A stretch of 64,000 nt of DNA. Origin: Felis catus (taxonomy: Eukaryota). A model generated the notes under the pieces. The model ran no database searches and was not told the origin of the DNA. It saw only the letters and a program-made list of their open reading frames with translations. Positions 36,953 through 50,071 of this stretch are shown one piece after another; the stretch's first letter is position 1; each line of letters opens with the position of its first letter. The position numbers and the translations under genes are program-made. Location of the stretch: contig NC_058373.1 in assembly GCF_018350175.1 (NCBI RefSeq), positions 112,036,001 through 112,100,000 on the forward strand, read 5' to 3'.

Positions 36953-39571
36953 AAAGGAAATGGGATCAAGCACCTAGAAGGGAGAGTAGTGTGTTTTGAT
37001 AGAAAAACATCTACTCCTCAGATAAAAGAAGGAGGAAAATATGGAGATTTACAAATGAGAAGTTAATACAAGTGACCAAAAGAACAGATAATTACATGAA
37101 CCCAAGGAGCTAGGTTACATTGTTTCTAAGGCCTCTTCCTAAGCTCTATGATTCTGTGATCCCCCCCCCCCAACCAATAAGGGGAATATTGGGGGCTTAA
37201 ATGGGTTGCTTGTTTGACAGAGTTACCAAGAGATAATTACCTTCTGATTTCCTCTACCTCATATCTCCTCTGCAGGCTTCTAACTCCTGCCTACCCCCTT
37301 GGGGGAAGAAACCCAAACACCCTAAATGAAGGCGTTTTAATCTCTGAGAAATGACTTGGAACCCCATTAATTGTACAGAAGGTTGTGTGAAAATTTAGTG
37401 AGAGAAAGTGGTCTTTCTTTCATGGAAGTGGAAAGTGGTCAACTTTCAAGGAGTCAAGACAAATAGAGACCAAACAATAAGAATGTACTGGTACATCTTT
37501 AGTACTGCCAAGAGGATGATGTGTCCTTTTTATGAGCTTGTACTTAACAAAAAACTTCTAAATTATAACTTGTGGATTTACCTACACAGAGGGAAGGAGC
37601 CAAGCAGTCAATTCAGATTAACATACACATAAATACATATTTACTCCACACCACCCCAATAGTTATATATTCTCATTAGAAGTAAGTAACTGGGGTTTTC
37701 TACTTATACATCAAGCTCATGTGAGTTTGGTGAGTGTGAGTCAATTTCCTTAGCCTGGCTTTCTCAGAACACACTCATGTTTCTGAAACCAAAAAGCTAA
37801 ATAGGTGACCCCAGCTGGGCAAGGTCCCATGAGGTCCCAACTGAGCTGCCAGCCCACTTCTCTTTTGGATAACTCTGTCTATTCTTTCTTCAACATTAAT
37901 ACCTAGGAACTTGGAACAGCTATGAAGCCTCTGGGGTCCCTCTGCTGTGGGTAATGACTGAATAACTCAAGGAGGCTCTGTGATGGGACCGGAGCTCTGA
38001 TTCTTCCTCTCTGCATCCCTGGAGTATCAGTGGACTCATCCTGGATTGTTCATCTAAGTCGTCTCTTAGCTCCATTCTCTCTGGGACCAACTTCCCAGAG
38101 TATACAGACCAGCAACTCTACCCTCCAGGATGCTTTCTATTCTTGAAGAGCCTCCTCAGGCCAATAGAAGTTTTCATCAAAGCAGTATGAACTTCTTTCT
38201 TAATTTCTTGTCTTTGCCAACCCACCTGACTTAGCTATTCTCCAACCCCAGCCAGGCAGATGTGGCCACCCCCTGTTCTCACCAGTACTCAGGTCCTTCT
38301 CCTACAGTATTTTCTCCCTTCCTTCCAGACCCAGCCTTTTTCATAAACTGGTTCACTTTTCTAACCTCCAAGAGTTCTCTAATCATCAAACCAAACATCT
38401 AGCACCTACTGACACCCCAGCATCAAGAAAGAAGCTAGAATAAAGGAAGTGAGCACAGTCAGGGAAGCCTAGAGCCCAGGACATAATATAGTAGGAGCTG
38501 TGTCATTTGAGGCCACCTACGAGCCAATGGCCACTTTAGATTTTTAGGCATGCTGAAAGTGATGTTTTATTAAGGAGAAGAACATTTTCAATAATACACT
38601 GGCATGGGATGCTGTTAGTGCAGAAAGCAGGCAGGAAATGCCTACTCGTTAGTATGCCTCTGCGTGGCTGCATCTTTCAAGCTTGATTAATACTTAATGT
38701 GATTGTCTTTAAAATCTGTCACTGCTTGGCAGTGATCAGATGAGTACCAGTCACAGAAGCACAAATATTTGTATTAGGGCTATGCCGTCTGCTAGGGTTG
38801 TATGATTAATAAATTTTGCCTGGTCACCCACAGAGATTTTGTTTTCTAATTTAACTGCAGTGGTATTAACCAAAAATGCTGGAACGAGTGTGGGAGAAAA
38901 AAAAGAGAGGAAGGGCAGGTTGTTAATAGCTTTGGGGTTTCTCCTTTAATTATTGAAAGGGTAGCCCATTGCTTAAAGGAACTGGCTGACAAATTTAAAA
39001 GTCCTCAAAATCCTGCTGGAACCAGAGCAGACACTCTTGAAACCTGAATTTCATCAAGGCAGATATAGCCTGAAGAGAGGAGAATGTGCCAAAGAAATGC
39101 TTTAAAATTAAAAAGCGGGTGGGGAGGGTGGGCACAGAGAGAGACAGAGATTTTACCCCAGGGAGGACAATAAGACTTCCCCCCTTTTTTTTTAATTTCA
39201 GAGAAAATGCACACAAAATACCAGATGCTGTAACTTCAACAATTCCAATACAGCCACACTAAATATTTCCGAGCCAGAAAGAATGTTCTGAAAGGAGACG
39301 GAAGAGAGAAATGCCCAGGCTCACACTGTCTTGAGAACAGCTGTGAAGTGATTATTACCAAAGGCTCTGCCTGCTCCCGGCAGATCCCAAGATCTGCCTT
39401 TAACTCCTCAGTGGTCACAACATAGTCACATGGGACACCATGTTCTAGTTTTTCTGATTTCAGGTGGGAGGAAAGGCCCTCGGGTATTTCTCCAGACCTT
39501 CCTGACTATGTCATCAAGCCAACTCTTCAGAATTGCAGCATCCTGCGGGGTGGGATTGGGGGGCTCTAAGC

Positions 39572-39670
39572 ATGGGTTTCAGTCACTCAGACCGGGGTTT
39601 GAATCATTATCTCTGTCACTTTATTAAGTATGTGATATAGGGCAAGTTACTTAACCTTTCTGGGCTCAGG
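39572..39670 (+). mobile_element. MIR fragment
   Basis: cagaccggggtttgaatc..gggcaagttacttaacctttctgggctcag. Confidence 0.7.
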
Positions 39671-40094
39671 TCTGCTGCTGGCTTATCTGGATACTCACCT
39701 CTATGACACACACAATCATCTTTCAAGTTGTAGTACAAGGACATTGATCCAAACAAATGAAGACAGCAGTCCCTACAGGATACAATACTAACAGAAGGTG
39801 TCTAGTTCAATCATCACTATATTATTACCATCATCATCCTTAATTAGGAGTCTGCTGTGTGCTAGTTTTATAAAAGATGACTAGCCACCTGTGTCCTATA
39901 GGATAAGACCAATAAATTGCTGGCAAGGCCAAATTACTCTATGCCAAAAGCCAAATAATACACAGGGTAGGGAGAATGTAGAAGGGAGAAACCCACAGAG
40001 GAGAGGGATTTGGGCTCAATGGCCAACTCTGAAAGTTGACAATTGTATGAAAGGAAGCTAACCCAGAATACATGGCTAAGCCTGCAGAGTTTTC

Positions 40095-40478
40095 CATTTT
40101 TTTTGAGATGTAACTGACATATAACATTGTGTAAGTTTAAGGTGTACAAGGTGATGATGTGATACACACATATATTGAATGTGAAAATGATTACTACAAT
40201 AAGGTTAGTTAACACATCTATCATCTCACTTTTGTGGGAGGTGGGGTGAGTAGTGAGAATTAAGACCTACTCTCTCAGCAACTTTCAAGTACACAATACA
40301 GTATTGTTAACCATTATCACTATGCTGTTCATTAGATCCCCAGAACTGCTTCATCTTATATCTCAAAGTTTGTATCCTTTGACTCATTTCCTCCACCCTC
40401 CATGACCACAACCTGGAAACCATGAATCTACTCTCTGTGTCTATGAGTTTAGTTCTTTTTAGATTCTACAAGGAGGAG

Positions 40479-40527
<49 letters not shown>

Positions 40528-40902
40528 AATTATATTATATATATTATATATTATATATATAATATATTGAATATATATTCAATATATAACATTGATATAA
40601 TAAATTATATATATTATATTATATTTATATTATATTATATAAAATATATATAATTTTCTATATATAATTATATTATATATTATATTATATTATATTATAT
40701 TATATTATATTATATTATATTATATAAAAATATATATATATAATTTTCTTCGTTCATTCATCCATCAGTGGGCACGTAGTCAGTTTCCATGTCTTCACTA
40801 TTGTAAATAATGCTGCAATAAACATGGGAACACAAGTATCTCTTCACGATGGCGATTTCATTTCCTTTGGATATGTACCCAAAAGTGGGATGGCTGGATC
40901 AT
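40095..40902 (-). mobile_element. L1 3' end (L1MA9/10-like) carrying an internal AT expansion
   Basis: aactgacatataacattg..tttaaggtgtaca.. and ttcattcatccatcagtgg..ggatatgtacccaaaagtgggatggctggatc. Confidence 0.85.
40479..40745. repeat. (TA)n/(TTATA)n near-pure AT tract
   Basis: Direct observation. Confidence 0.95.
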
Positions 40903-42679
40903 TCTGCTGCCTTGAAATAGTCAGTGACAGACCCACAAAAGAATCACACCCACCACCTATCTCTACATTCAAAATTAAAATTTTGAACATGAAGCCCCAA
41001 CATATATAAATGCAAATGTAATTACATACACGTAAATTCATATATGTTCTAACCATCTGAGCCTTCAGCCCCTTCAGTAAGGAGTGTTCATTCAAGGATG
41101 AACCAGCCAGACCCAATCCTGGCACTCACAGTGCTCACAGGCTAGTGGGAGAAAACCACAAGAAACAGACCTGTCAGCAGAATGTTGGAAGTTTGCCCTT
41201 GGGCACTTAGCACAGCCTAGCAAGGAAGAGAGAGCAATGCCTCCAGGAGCACACCTAAACCTGGTCGTGAAGCATGAGGAGGAATCAGGGATCCAAGTCA
41301 TTCAATTGAATGACTACAAATTTGTTTCCATGTAGCCTTCCAAAAAACACATAGTGTAGAGGGGAGCACTGGTTAATGGAACCAGAAAAAATGAGGATTA
41401 AAACCTAAAAAGAATACAAAAAGGCATTTGTAACATGTCTTGACCTATGAATAATTAATTTGGAATTACACTAAATCTAAAAGCCAAAAGCTTGGCATCC
41501 CATTCCTACCTTGCCAGCCAAATCCCTGAGGAACAGAAAGCAGAGCATTTACAGCTTCTTGAACTCCATGATCCCATCTATAAAATGAAGTGGCAACAGA
41601 TCACTTACTAACTGTAGAAAATACTTTAATCATTAAACATGCAGAAATCCCTTGTAAATGTAAAAACATGCTATTTTGAAGCTTCCAGATCTAATCTCAT
41701 TCCTTGTCTAAGTATCAATTAGCAGAGTTTTAACTACCCCAGTGAGCTAGGACTAATTTTCAAGGGCAGAAACTGAGACACCAGAGTGGCAAGAGCCTAT
41801 CTCCTTTGGCACTGCTGAAGCCTGTCTTAGTATCAAGTCCTCTACCCATCCATACTGCTACTGCCCCATGGGTTCTGCCTTAGGCCCTCTTCTCCACTCT
41901 ACCCTCTTCCTGGTGACCTCACCACTCCCATGAAGGTTCTGGGAGCTCCCATATCTCTACCTGTAACCTTGACCTCTTTTATGAGTTCCCTGCCTATGTA
42001 TACAACTGCCTCCTGACCATTGCGCCATTGGATGTCCCAACTGAAATGTCCAATCTGAACATATTATTTTCCCTTGATAAACCTGACCCTCTTCCTGGGT
42101 TTCTTAGATGGTAGGACTATCTACCAGATTCCCTCAGCCAGAATTAGGGAGTTATTCACGCTTCCCATTTCTCATCCATCAATCACCCAGGACAATAGAC
42201 TTCATCTGCTAACCAGCTCTCAAACCTCAAATCTCCTACATCTCTCCATCCCTATGGCCACTACCCCACTGAGCTTTCCTGAAATAGTGTTCTTCCCTTC
42301 CAATCCATTTTAAAATGAAACACTATCATGGCATTCTCTTCCTTAAAATCTTTCATGGTTTTCTACTGCCTTTAGTATACAATCCAAACACATTACCATG
42401 GCTTATATGGTGCCTGGCTCTGCCTATATCTCCAGCTTCATTTCTCACCTTCTCCCTGTTCACCCTCTATGTCCCAGGCATGCTGAATTCTTTCTGTTCT
42501 GTAAATGTACTGTGACCTTTCTCACTACCAGCTTTCATATATAGTTCCTCTGCTTGGAATACTCCTCCTTCTTTACTTGGCTAATTCCTACTTATTTTTC
42601 AAACAATCTTCCTCCAGGAACTCTTTCCTCAACCTCTAAATTAACTGGTTAGCCCTGCAATAATATTCCCAATTCCATC

Positions 42680-43457
42680 TGTACTAGACAAGAAAATATG
42701 GGCTACACTTTGGCAACAATAGACTCTAACAGCTTAGTGACTTAGTAACATTTTATTTTTTAGCACTTAATTTGGAAATAATTTCAAACTTACAAAAAGT
42801 TGCAAAACTAAAAACAGTACAAGGGACATCCATATACCTTTTACCCAAATTTGCCTGTTGTTAACATTTTACCCCCATTTACATCTGTATTTAAGGGTAA
42901 GTTACATAACATATGGCTCTTGTCCCTAAATTCTTCAGCATATATTTCCTAACAATAGAGAGGTCTCTTACATAACTATAGTACAACTGTCATCTCCACA
43001 GGTTTAGACTAATACAAAACTTTTAAAAATCTAATCTAATATTTGCATTTTAATTTTGTCAGTTGATCTAATAATATTCTTTGTAGCATTTTCCCCTTTC
43101 CCCATTCATTCTAGAGGTAGATACTGCATTTGTTAGTTGCCTCCTTTAATTTAGAATATTTCCAGAGTCTTTCTTTGTCTTTTATGACACTGACATTAAA
43201 AGTCTATTTCTCATTCACATCACATGTCTGAAGCATACTGGCCTACACTCCTCCATCTTATAGCTATGTTCTCTGGAATATGCGGCCTCCAAAGTTATCA
43301 AGGTAAGAGTGAGCATGGAGAGAGTGTACCCTGGATGAAAGTGACACATCACTTCCACTCACATGGCTTTGGTGACAATCACACAATGCTATCACATGCA
43401 AGGGGCTGAGAAATGTAGAAATGTAGATAGATGAGTGAGGGCTAACAGTCTCTGCCA
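42680..43457 (-). mobile_element. MLT1K-like MaLR LTR, split by L1MC
   Basis: ttagtgacttag..|..aaagtctatttctc..aagtgacacatcacttccactcacat..tgcaaggggctgagaaatgtag. Confidence 0.6.
42751..43196 (-). mobile_element. L1MC4/5-like 3' end
   Basis: ttggaaataatttcaaacttacaaaaagttgcaaaa.. Confidence 0.7.
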
Positions 43458-43694
43458 GGCTTCCTACACTTCTGCTATCATGAAACTTATCCTGTCCCAT
43501 TGTAAATGCACATGGAACTAGTTATCACACACAGATTTTTGACTATGTCATAGCAGAGTTTGCCTTTGTCACTGCCATCTCCCCAGTACCTAGTTAATGC
43601 CTGGAACATAGTCAGGGCTTGTTAAATATGTGTTGAATGAATGAATGCCCACCTTTGCTCAGTTTACATATCGTTTCAAATTTCATTCACCCTC

Positions 43695-43791
43695 TGGGCA
43701 TTGAGGAGGCACCTGTTGGGACGAGCACCTGTTGGGTGTTGTATGGAAACCAATTTGACAATAAATTTCATATTAAAAAAAAACAACAACA
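43695..43791 (+). mobile_element. Very short young feline L1 3' tip
   Basis: gtgttgtatggaaaccaatttgacaataaatttcatatt plus A tail; perfect 18-bp TSD caaatttcattcaccctc at 43677-43694 and 43792-43809. Confidence 0.95.
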
Positions 43792-44010
43792 CAAATTTCA
43801 TTCACCCTCAAGAACCATAACAACTTTAGAAAGCTCAGAATAGAATCTACACATTGAGTGTGGTCAAAGAATTTTCCCTAAATTCCCAGGTGAGTTCTAG
43901 AAACAAAACACAAGCCTTACTAGTGATCATAAATAAAGCCAGGAAGTAGTTAATAGCTACTTAATTGTGATTTAGAAATTGTTTCTTCAATAGCCACAAA
44001 TTCTAAGATA

Positions 44011-44028
44011 CAGCACCTCCTGCTGGAG
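44011..44028 (-). promoter_or_regulatory. Candidate CTCF site
   Basis: Reverse complement ctccagcaggaggtgctg resembles the core CCAGCAGGGGGCGCT. Confidence 0.35.
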
Positions 44029-45224
44029 AGGATATATAAATTAAAGAGAAGCAAATATTCCATTTAAGTCATATAAATGTTGGCCCCATCTCCAAATGAG
44101 ATCTCTCTGAAGCCTTTAGCAAGTTGTTAGAGAAGATTCTCTGTCTCTTCCTTAAATACCTTGGACAAAACTTAATGCATATATGGAGGTCATTAAGAAT
44201 AGTATGTAAGACCTTAAAAACCTACAGCCCACAGGGGTACTCATTCAATATCACAAAACTGGCAAGTGACAAGGCCAACATTAGAACTGAGATTTCTGAT
44301 CCTATTGTTTATGCTAACCTTCCCTCTCCTTCCCTCTTACCAACACCCTCCCACCCTTCCCCCACCCCCAGTAATCTGGTCAAGTCCCAGCTCTGCAAAG
44401 CTGTTGCCACCTCATGTCAGTTGTTTCTGTCTCATCATCCAAATTTATCACTCAATGTTTTGCCCCCACAGTGCTTATATTCAGACTCAGGCTTAGAAAT
44501 TTCTACTTGTATTTGGGAAAGGCTACTTCTATGTCTGTTTCTCACCTATAGCTCTGGGAGATAGGTCCCTGTTTCTTTCACTTACATTTTCCCCAAGCTG
44601 GCATGTTAATTGGCCAAAATTGTTACAGATCTGATGGTATCTTACACTGTTCCATGGTTTCTAGTCAGAAATCTAAGCTTTGAACTACCCTGAAATTGGA
44701 GCTGGGACATCGAAGCAGATGTGATATGGCAGGCAAAGGCTAAGGAAATATATGCATCATCCTGGCTCCGGTAACAGTGGCTTTCATCATATTTCTCTCC
44801 TTTAACACAGCACAGTTAGCTCTTTTGTAAAGGCTTTACCTTGAACATCTCTTACTAATTAAGCCCATTCCTTCCTGGCAGTCTCTTTGTACTGCAAATG
44901 GGATTCAGCACTGGCTGCTGTGTGATTTGCAGCCACAAGAGTTACAAAGGTGCAGGGTGCCCAGAGAGCACTCTGGAAGAGGTGGGAGAGCAGGGGAGGG
45001 GGTGAGGGGAGTGATAAATGGGCTATTTGTTCTAAGTAAAAATTGCATATCCCCTCCTGGACTTTCCTACTATGCCCTGAATTGTTTTATTACCTAGCAC
45101 TGAAAAGAGCCATGAAATAAGTACTAGACATGTAGAAAAACCTACTTTAAAGGATTAGTTCATTTGGCAAATAATATGAAACAGTACTTTGTTCAGGTTT
45201 CCATTCTCTTAGCCAGCTATAGTG

Positions 45225-45430
45225 ATTACTTTATGCCAGGTGTTTTTTAAGTAGTTAATGTATACTAATTCTTAAATCTTTACATAAGCGTCCTAAAGTA
45301 GATGCCATTATTATGTCCATTTTACAGATGGGGAAACTGAGGCAGTGGGATCTTGAGTGTAGCCAGGTCTTACAATACTAAATGGCAGAGCTAGGATTTG
45401 AACTTGGTTGTTTGACTTCAGAGTCAATGT
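45225..45430 (-). mobile_element. MIR
   Basis: ccattttacagatggggaaactgaggc..aaatggcagagctaggatttgaac. Confidence 0.8.
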
Positions 45431-47057
45431 GCCCTAAACTCCATACCAAAACTTCACAGAAAAAAGAAAACTGTCGCTAAATTTCCTCACTTGGTTAGTG
45501 TTTTATGAGGCTAATAGTATCTATCCACCTTGCCAGTTGGACAGGATTCATGGCAATGGCTATAAAGCTCCTATGACAGAAAGCCACAGCGTGTACTCCA
45601 TAACAGTAGCTATTATCTTTGTTATTCTTGATACATCAGCAGGGGCTCCACAATAGTTCCTTATGTAAACAGAATCATCATGTAAAAGTGTACTCATTAA
45701 ACCCAAGCCCAGAGACACTGAACAGTTTTCGGTATTGAAAATCTGACCTCAAGTAAACAAATGTCATAGATCTAAATACCTAGCAGAAATTTCCTGAAAT
45801 CTCCTCTCTCTCCCTGTGGCTCTTTGGGCTGTGATCAGTCCCCAGGGCCGGTCTCAGCCTGAGGAGTCCTTGGGCAGCCAGGTCAAGTCCAGGCCCTCTG
45901 GGCCAGAGGGCCCACTCAGGGTGTTGGTTCAGGGGTCCTCCTGGAGTATACTTCGTTCCAGAGTTCAGTCCCAGAAGCCCTCCAGGCTCCCAAGAGCTCT
46001 CCAGTTTGGGTGTGGCCTAGGCTAGCCACTTGGAGAAGGTCCAGAATGAAAGAGCTCCCCTGGGGTGGAGGAAGAGGCAGTGAAAAAAAGAAAATATTCC
46101 ATGGCCCTCAGAGTTTCCCAGGCCCAGGTTAGTAAACCTTGCACCAAGCAGAAGCCTAGTGGAGCTCAAAAGTGCCTTTCAGCAGCCCTGCAAACTTCTG
46201 TCCTGGAAGAAAAAAAGCCATAAAACACACAGCTTCCTGCCAGGGCCTTGTGACCACAACAGGTTTCCAGCCTCAGGATGGAAGCCCAGAGGAAATACAG
46301 GCTGATACAAGGGAGATTAAAGGGAGTGTAGCCCCTTGGAAGCTCAGCCACAGGGAGGATGTCCCTGAAGAACAGTGGAAGAGGGTCATACAAGGGTGTC
46401 TGTCCTGCCTGTGGCCCACTGAGGCAGAGGGTGAACCTCAGAAGTTCCGGAGAGCCCCGTTCTCTCAACATGGGAGGTCGAGGAGTGGTGCTGCAGCTGG
46501 TGCTTTGAGAGGCGGACTTGAAAGGGGCAATCCCGGTGTGCGGTTTTGTCAGGATAGGATCAAAACCGTCACTAGAGAAAGAATATTGCTCATGAAAGGA
46601 CAGGAGCCTTTCTTGTCTACTCAGAAGACTGAAAGAAAATGCATCTGCTCAGCTGCTGAACTTGGCTTGAAAGGCACAGAAAAACCTGTATGAACGAGGG
46701 GAACTAACAATACCTCTGCTCAGGGCAAGGATTTGTGGTAATATTAAAACTTCAATTTGAAGAAATTGTTAAAATCCCCAGACATGAAATTAATATAATT
46801 AGGTAATAGCTCCTGAACTTAGATCTTTCAGCAAGCTGCGAGAGGGAAAAGGCAGCTAGACCCGACCTCATTAAAAACTAAATGAACAAACGCCAGCTTC
46901 CAAAAAAAAAAAAAAAAAAAAAAAAAAAAGCCAAAGGGGAAAAAAAACCCCACGTAGGGAGTGAAGCTCAGGAAGAGGCAGATGCAGAGGGTTCCAGGTC
47001 TACACTGGGGGTCAGGAAACCCGGGTCTGCGTCCCTCTGGCTGCTGCGTGACCTTGC

Positions 47058-47246
47058 ACAAATGGCTCAAGGGCATGAATCAGAATCCTCTGAATGGCTG
47101 CTTAACATGCAGATTGCTGGGCCCCACCCCCAGAGTTTCAGAGTCCCTAGGGGTCAGGTGAGACCTGACTGAGAACCTGCATTTCCAGAAAGTTCCTGGG
47201 GAGGCTGATGCTGCTGGTCTGAGGGTCACACTTCCAGACCCACTAG
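47058..47246. mobile_element. MER5A hAT-Charlie MITE
   Basis: atcagaatc..atgcagattgctgggccccacccccagagtttc..ctgcatttc..gctgatgctgctggtc..cacactt. Confidence 0.8.
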
Positions 47247-48344
47247 GCCTACCTGGACCTCAGTTTCCCAGTCAATAAAATGAAACAGGAAACCATGTGA
47301 TCTCTAAGGCCTGGTCTAAAATTTGTGAGATGAACGACATGAGAAGGCAGGGTGGTGGTAAGAAAATTACTCTACACAACTGAGAACGGCTTACGCGCTG
47401 TGTGGACTCCCGGGATAGGACACACAGATGTGCTGCCCAAGGAACCACACAGAAGCTGACTGACCACAGACACTGATTGACTGTAGACCCTCCAACAGGG
47501 CAGGGCTGGGAGCTACGCATCCCGAGGCTGCAGCAGCAAATGCTTTCTCCCCACCTGCTAGAAAATGGAAAAAGTGAGTAGCACAAGAAACACCAGAAAT
47601 ACCTCATTAAAATGATGCAACTTTAGTAAGAGTCCCAGTCAATTTTTGAAGGGACAGTCACAAGTGATTAAGGAAAGATATTCTATTTTGGGATTCCAAG
47701 GACAAGAGAACTATTTGAAAAGATATACATTATCCTGTTTTAAAGGCAAAGTCAATTGTCAGGCTTTGTCACCCTTGACCACTTTCCTATGTTTCTATAT
47801 GAACATACTAGCTTTTGGTAGGAAAAATAAAACAACTAAAAAAAAAAAATTACACTAAACTCCAGAGCTCACTCAAGGGTCTAAGAGCCCTGTGTTCATT
47901 TCATACCTGTTAGTTTATGTAAGTAAATAAAGCAATAAACTTTGAGTCTTCTATATTCCTTGACTACTCTGGTCTATTCCCCCTACATTTATGAATAAAT
48001 ATATATCTCTTGCAACCCTAACATGTACATACAGTGTGTAAGACTGATATAGCTAAGGACTACTAAGCAAATTTCATGGAAATAGCATTTTTATTCATAT
48101 TAACAATTAGTTGAATTTTTATATATGCATTATATATATATACGTAATTTAACCTTTGTAAGTGTTTTGGAAAAATTTATATGATTTAACATATAATATT
48201 TATATACTATCTCTTCCACAATGTCTCCCCCATCCCAAAAAATTAGTTGCATTTAGCAAAACAATCTTGCTTTTAGATGAGAGCCTTATTTAATAATTAA
48301 TATATATCAATATGTGTATATTCAATTACTTCTGTGGTTAATAA

Positions 48345-48500
48345 TATGACTTTGGAGTAAAGCCACCCTAAGTTTGAATTTGGGCTCCACCATTTGGTGG
48401 CTAAGAGATGTTGGGCAAGTAACTTAACCTACAAGGAAAATGGAGGAAATAAATGCCTCATAGGGTTATATGAGGATTCTATGAGTTAATGTATAATAAA
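48345..48500 (+). mobile_element. MIR
   Basis: gactttggagt..ttgggcaagtaacttaacct..catagggttatatgaggatt. Confidence 0.7.
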
Positions 48501-49129
48501 GCGCCACATTTATAAAATGTTAGCTAGTCTTATAAAACAATGTGACATGTTTTTTCATTAAAATGTTTAATAAATTATGTATGGGAGCTTTAATGAATAT
48601 TAAATTAACATAATCAGTTTTTAACTTTAAAATTAGGTCTCTATTTCCAAGGTTAACTTCAAAAATACTGTGGAACCTGCCAGATACATGCCAAGAGGAG
48701 AGACGTTGATCAATGTGGTAACCTAGCAAGCAGTAACCATGTCCTAGGGGAAACAGAATCATTTAATGAACTCACTAGTTGGTCTTTCCTAGTTAGATTT
48801 GTAGCTCTGAATTATAGCCAACATTCCATGTTTGAAAGACTCTTTTTTGCCCATATCTCTGACCTTAACTACTAGTTCTTTGTATTCCCTTACCATCATT
48901 TTCTGCATGACCTGCCACTGCCTATTTGCTATTTCTGCACACATCCCTCTTCTCTATTATCTTCCTGGCATCATCCAGTCACACTTGCAGATTGCTCACG
49001 GCAATGAATTCACCTACTGTGTGCAAAGTAGGCAAAAAAGACCCAGGCTTTGCTTAAGCTGCAGTTCTTATCTAAGGTCTCCTATTTTAGGCTTGGTCAA
49101 AAATAAGTTATGTTTATTTACTTTGTTTA

Positions 49130-49356
49130 AATTTTTATTATTTATTTATTTATTTATTTAAATGTTTATTATTTTTGAGAGAGAGCGACAGCAAACAGGG
49201 AAGGGGCAGAGAGAGATGGAGACACAGAATCTGAAGCAGGCTCCAGGCTCTGAGCTGTCAGCACAGAGCCTGACGCGGGGCTCGAACTCACAGACCACGA
49301 GATCATGACATGATCTGTAGTCGACAGCCCAACCGACTGAGCCACCCAGGCACCCC
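49130..49356 (-). mobile_element. Can-SINE inserted in the tail of the neighbouring SINE
   Basis: Full element ending gccacccaggcacccc. Confidence 0.93.
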
Positions 49357-49539
49357 AATGTTTATTTATTTTTGAGATAGAGAAAGAGTGCAAGCATGGG
49401 AAGGGTAGGGAGAGAGGGAGACAGAATCCAAAGCCGGCTCCCAGCTCTGAGCTGGCAGCACAGAGTCCAACACAGGGCTCAAAGTGAGATCATGGCCTGA
49501 GCTGAAGTCAGACGCTTAACTGAGCCACCCAGGCACCCC
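49357..49539 (-). mobile_element. Can-SINE
   Basis: Outer TSD taa(g/a)tta(t/c)gtttatt at 49104-49118 and 49540-49554 brackets both SINEs. Confidence 0.93.
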
Positions 49540-50071
49540 TAAATTACGTTTATTAAATCAGCAAGCATCTAGAGAACAGACAAGACTCCGGGCTGAGCAC
49601 TCGGGGTGGAAGAGGTGCCTATCTGGGGGCAAAAGCATGATTTTAGGGTCTAACAGGAGACATTATACCTAAATGCACATAACTATCACAGGTAGAAAGC
49701 AGAATGCAATGAGTATCAGAAAGAAGAGCTCCAAATGAACACATGCAGTTCAGAAGACAAAATCCTTCCTATTAGGAGAGGTCTGGGAAGGCAGCGTGGA
49801 GAAAAGGATGTTGAGAAGTTTTGAAGTTTTGTATTTCTCTAGAACAGCGGAAGTTGAGAGAGGAAATTCTAGGATGATATTTATAAAGATATTGACATAT
49901 AAAGGTGGGGTTTCCTTTGGCCACAGTAACATCGGAAGTGTAAAGGAATGGACAACAATCATTAATATTGACCAAATTTGCTGAGCCGCTGCTGGATTTT
50001 ATTTTTGCACTTTATGTACTTATGTCCATTATTTTATTGAATCTTCATAACAAACTTATGAGGTAAATATT

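Larger units (their letters stand above)
41865..43648 (+). mobile_element. L2 LINE, interrupted at about 42680-43457
   Basis: caactgcctcctgac..ggatgtcc; 3' end tgcctggaacatagt..gttgaatgaatgaatg. Confidence 0.75.

Noticed and set aside
46172..46693. 173-aa ORF
   Set aside because: GTG start, no recognisable homology and no exon signals.
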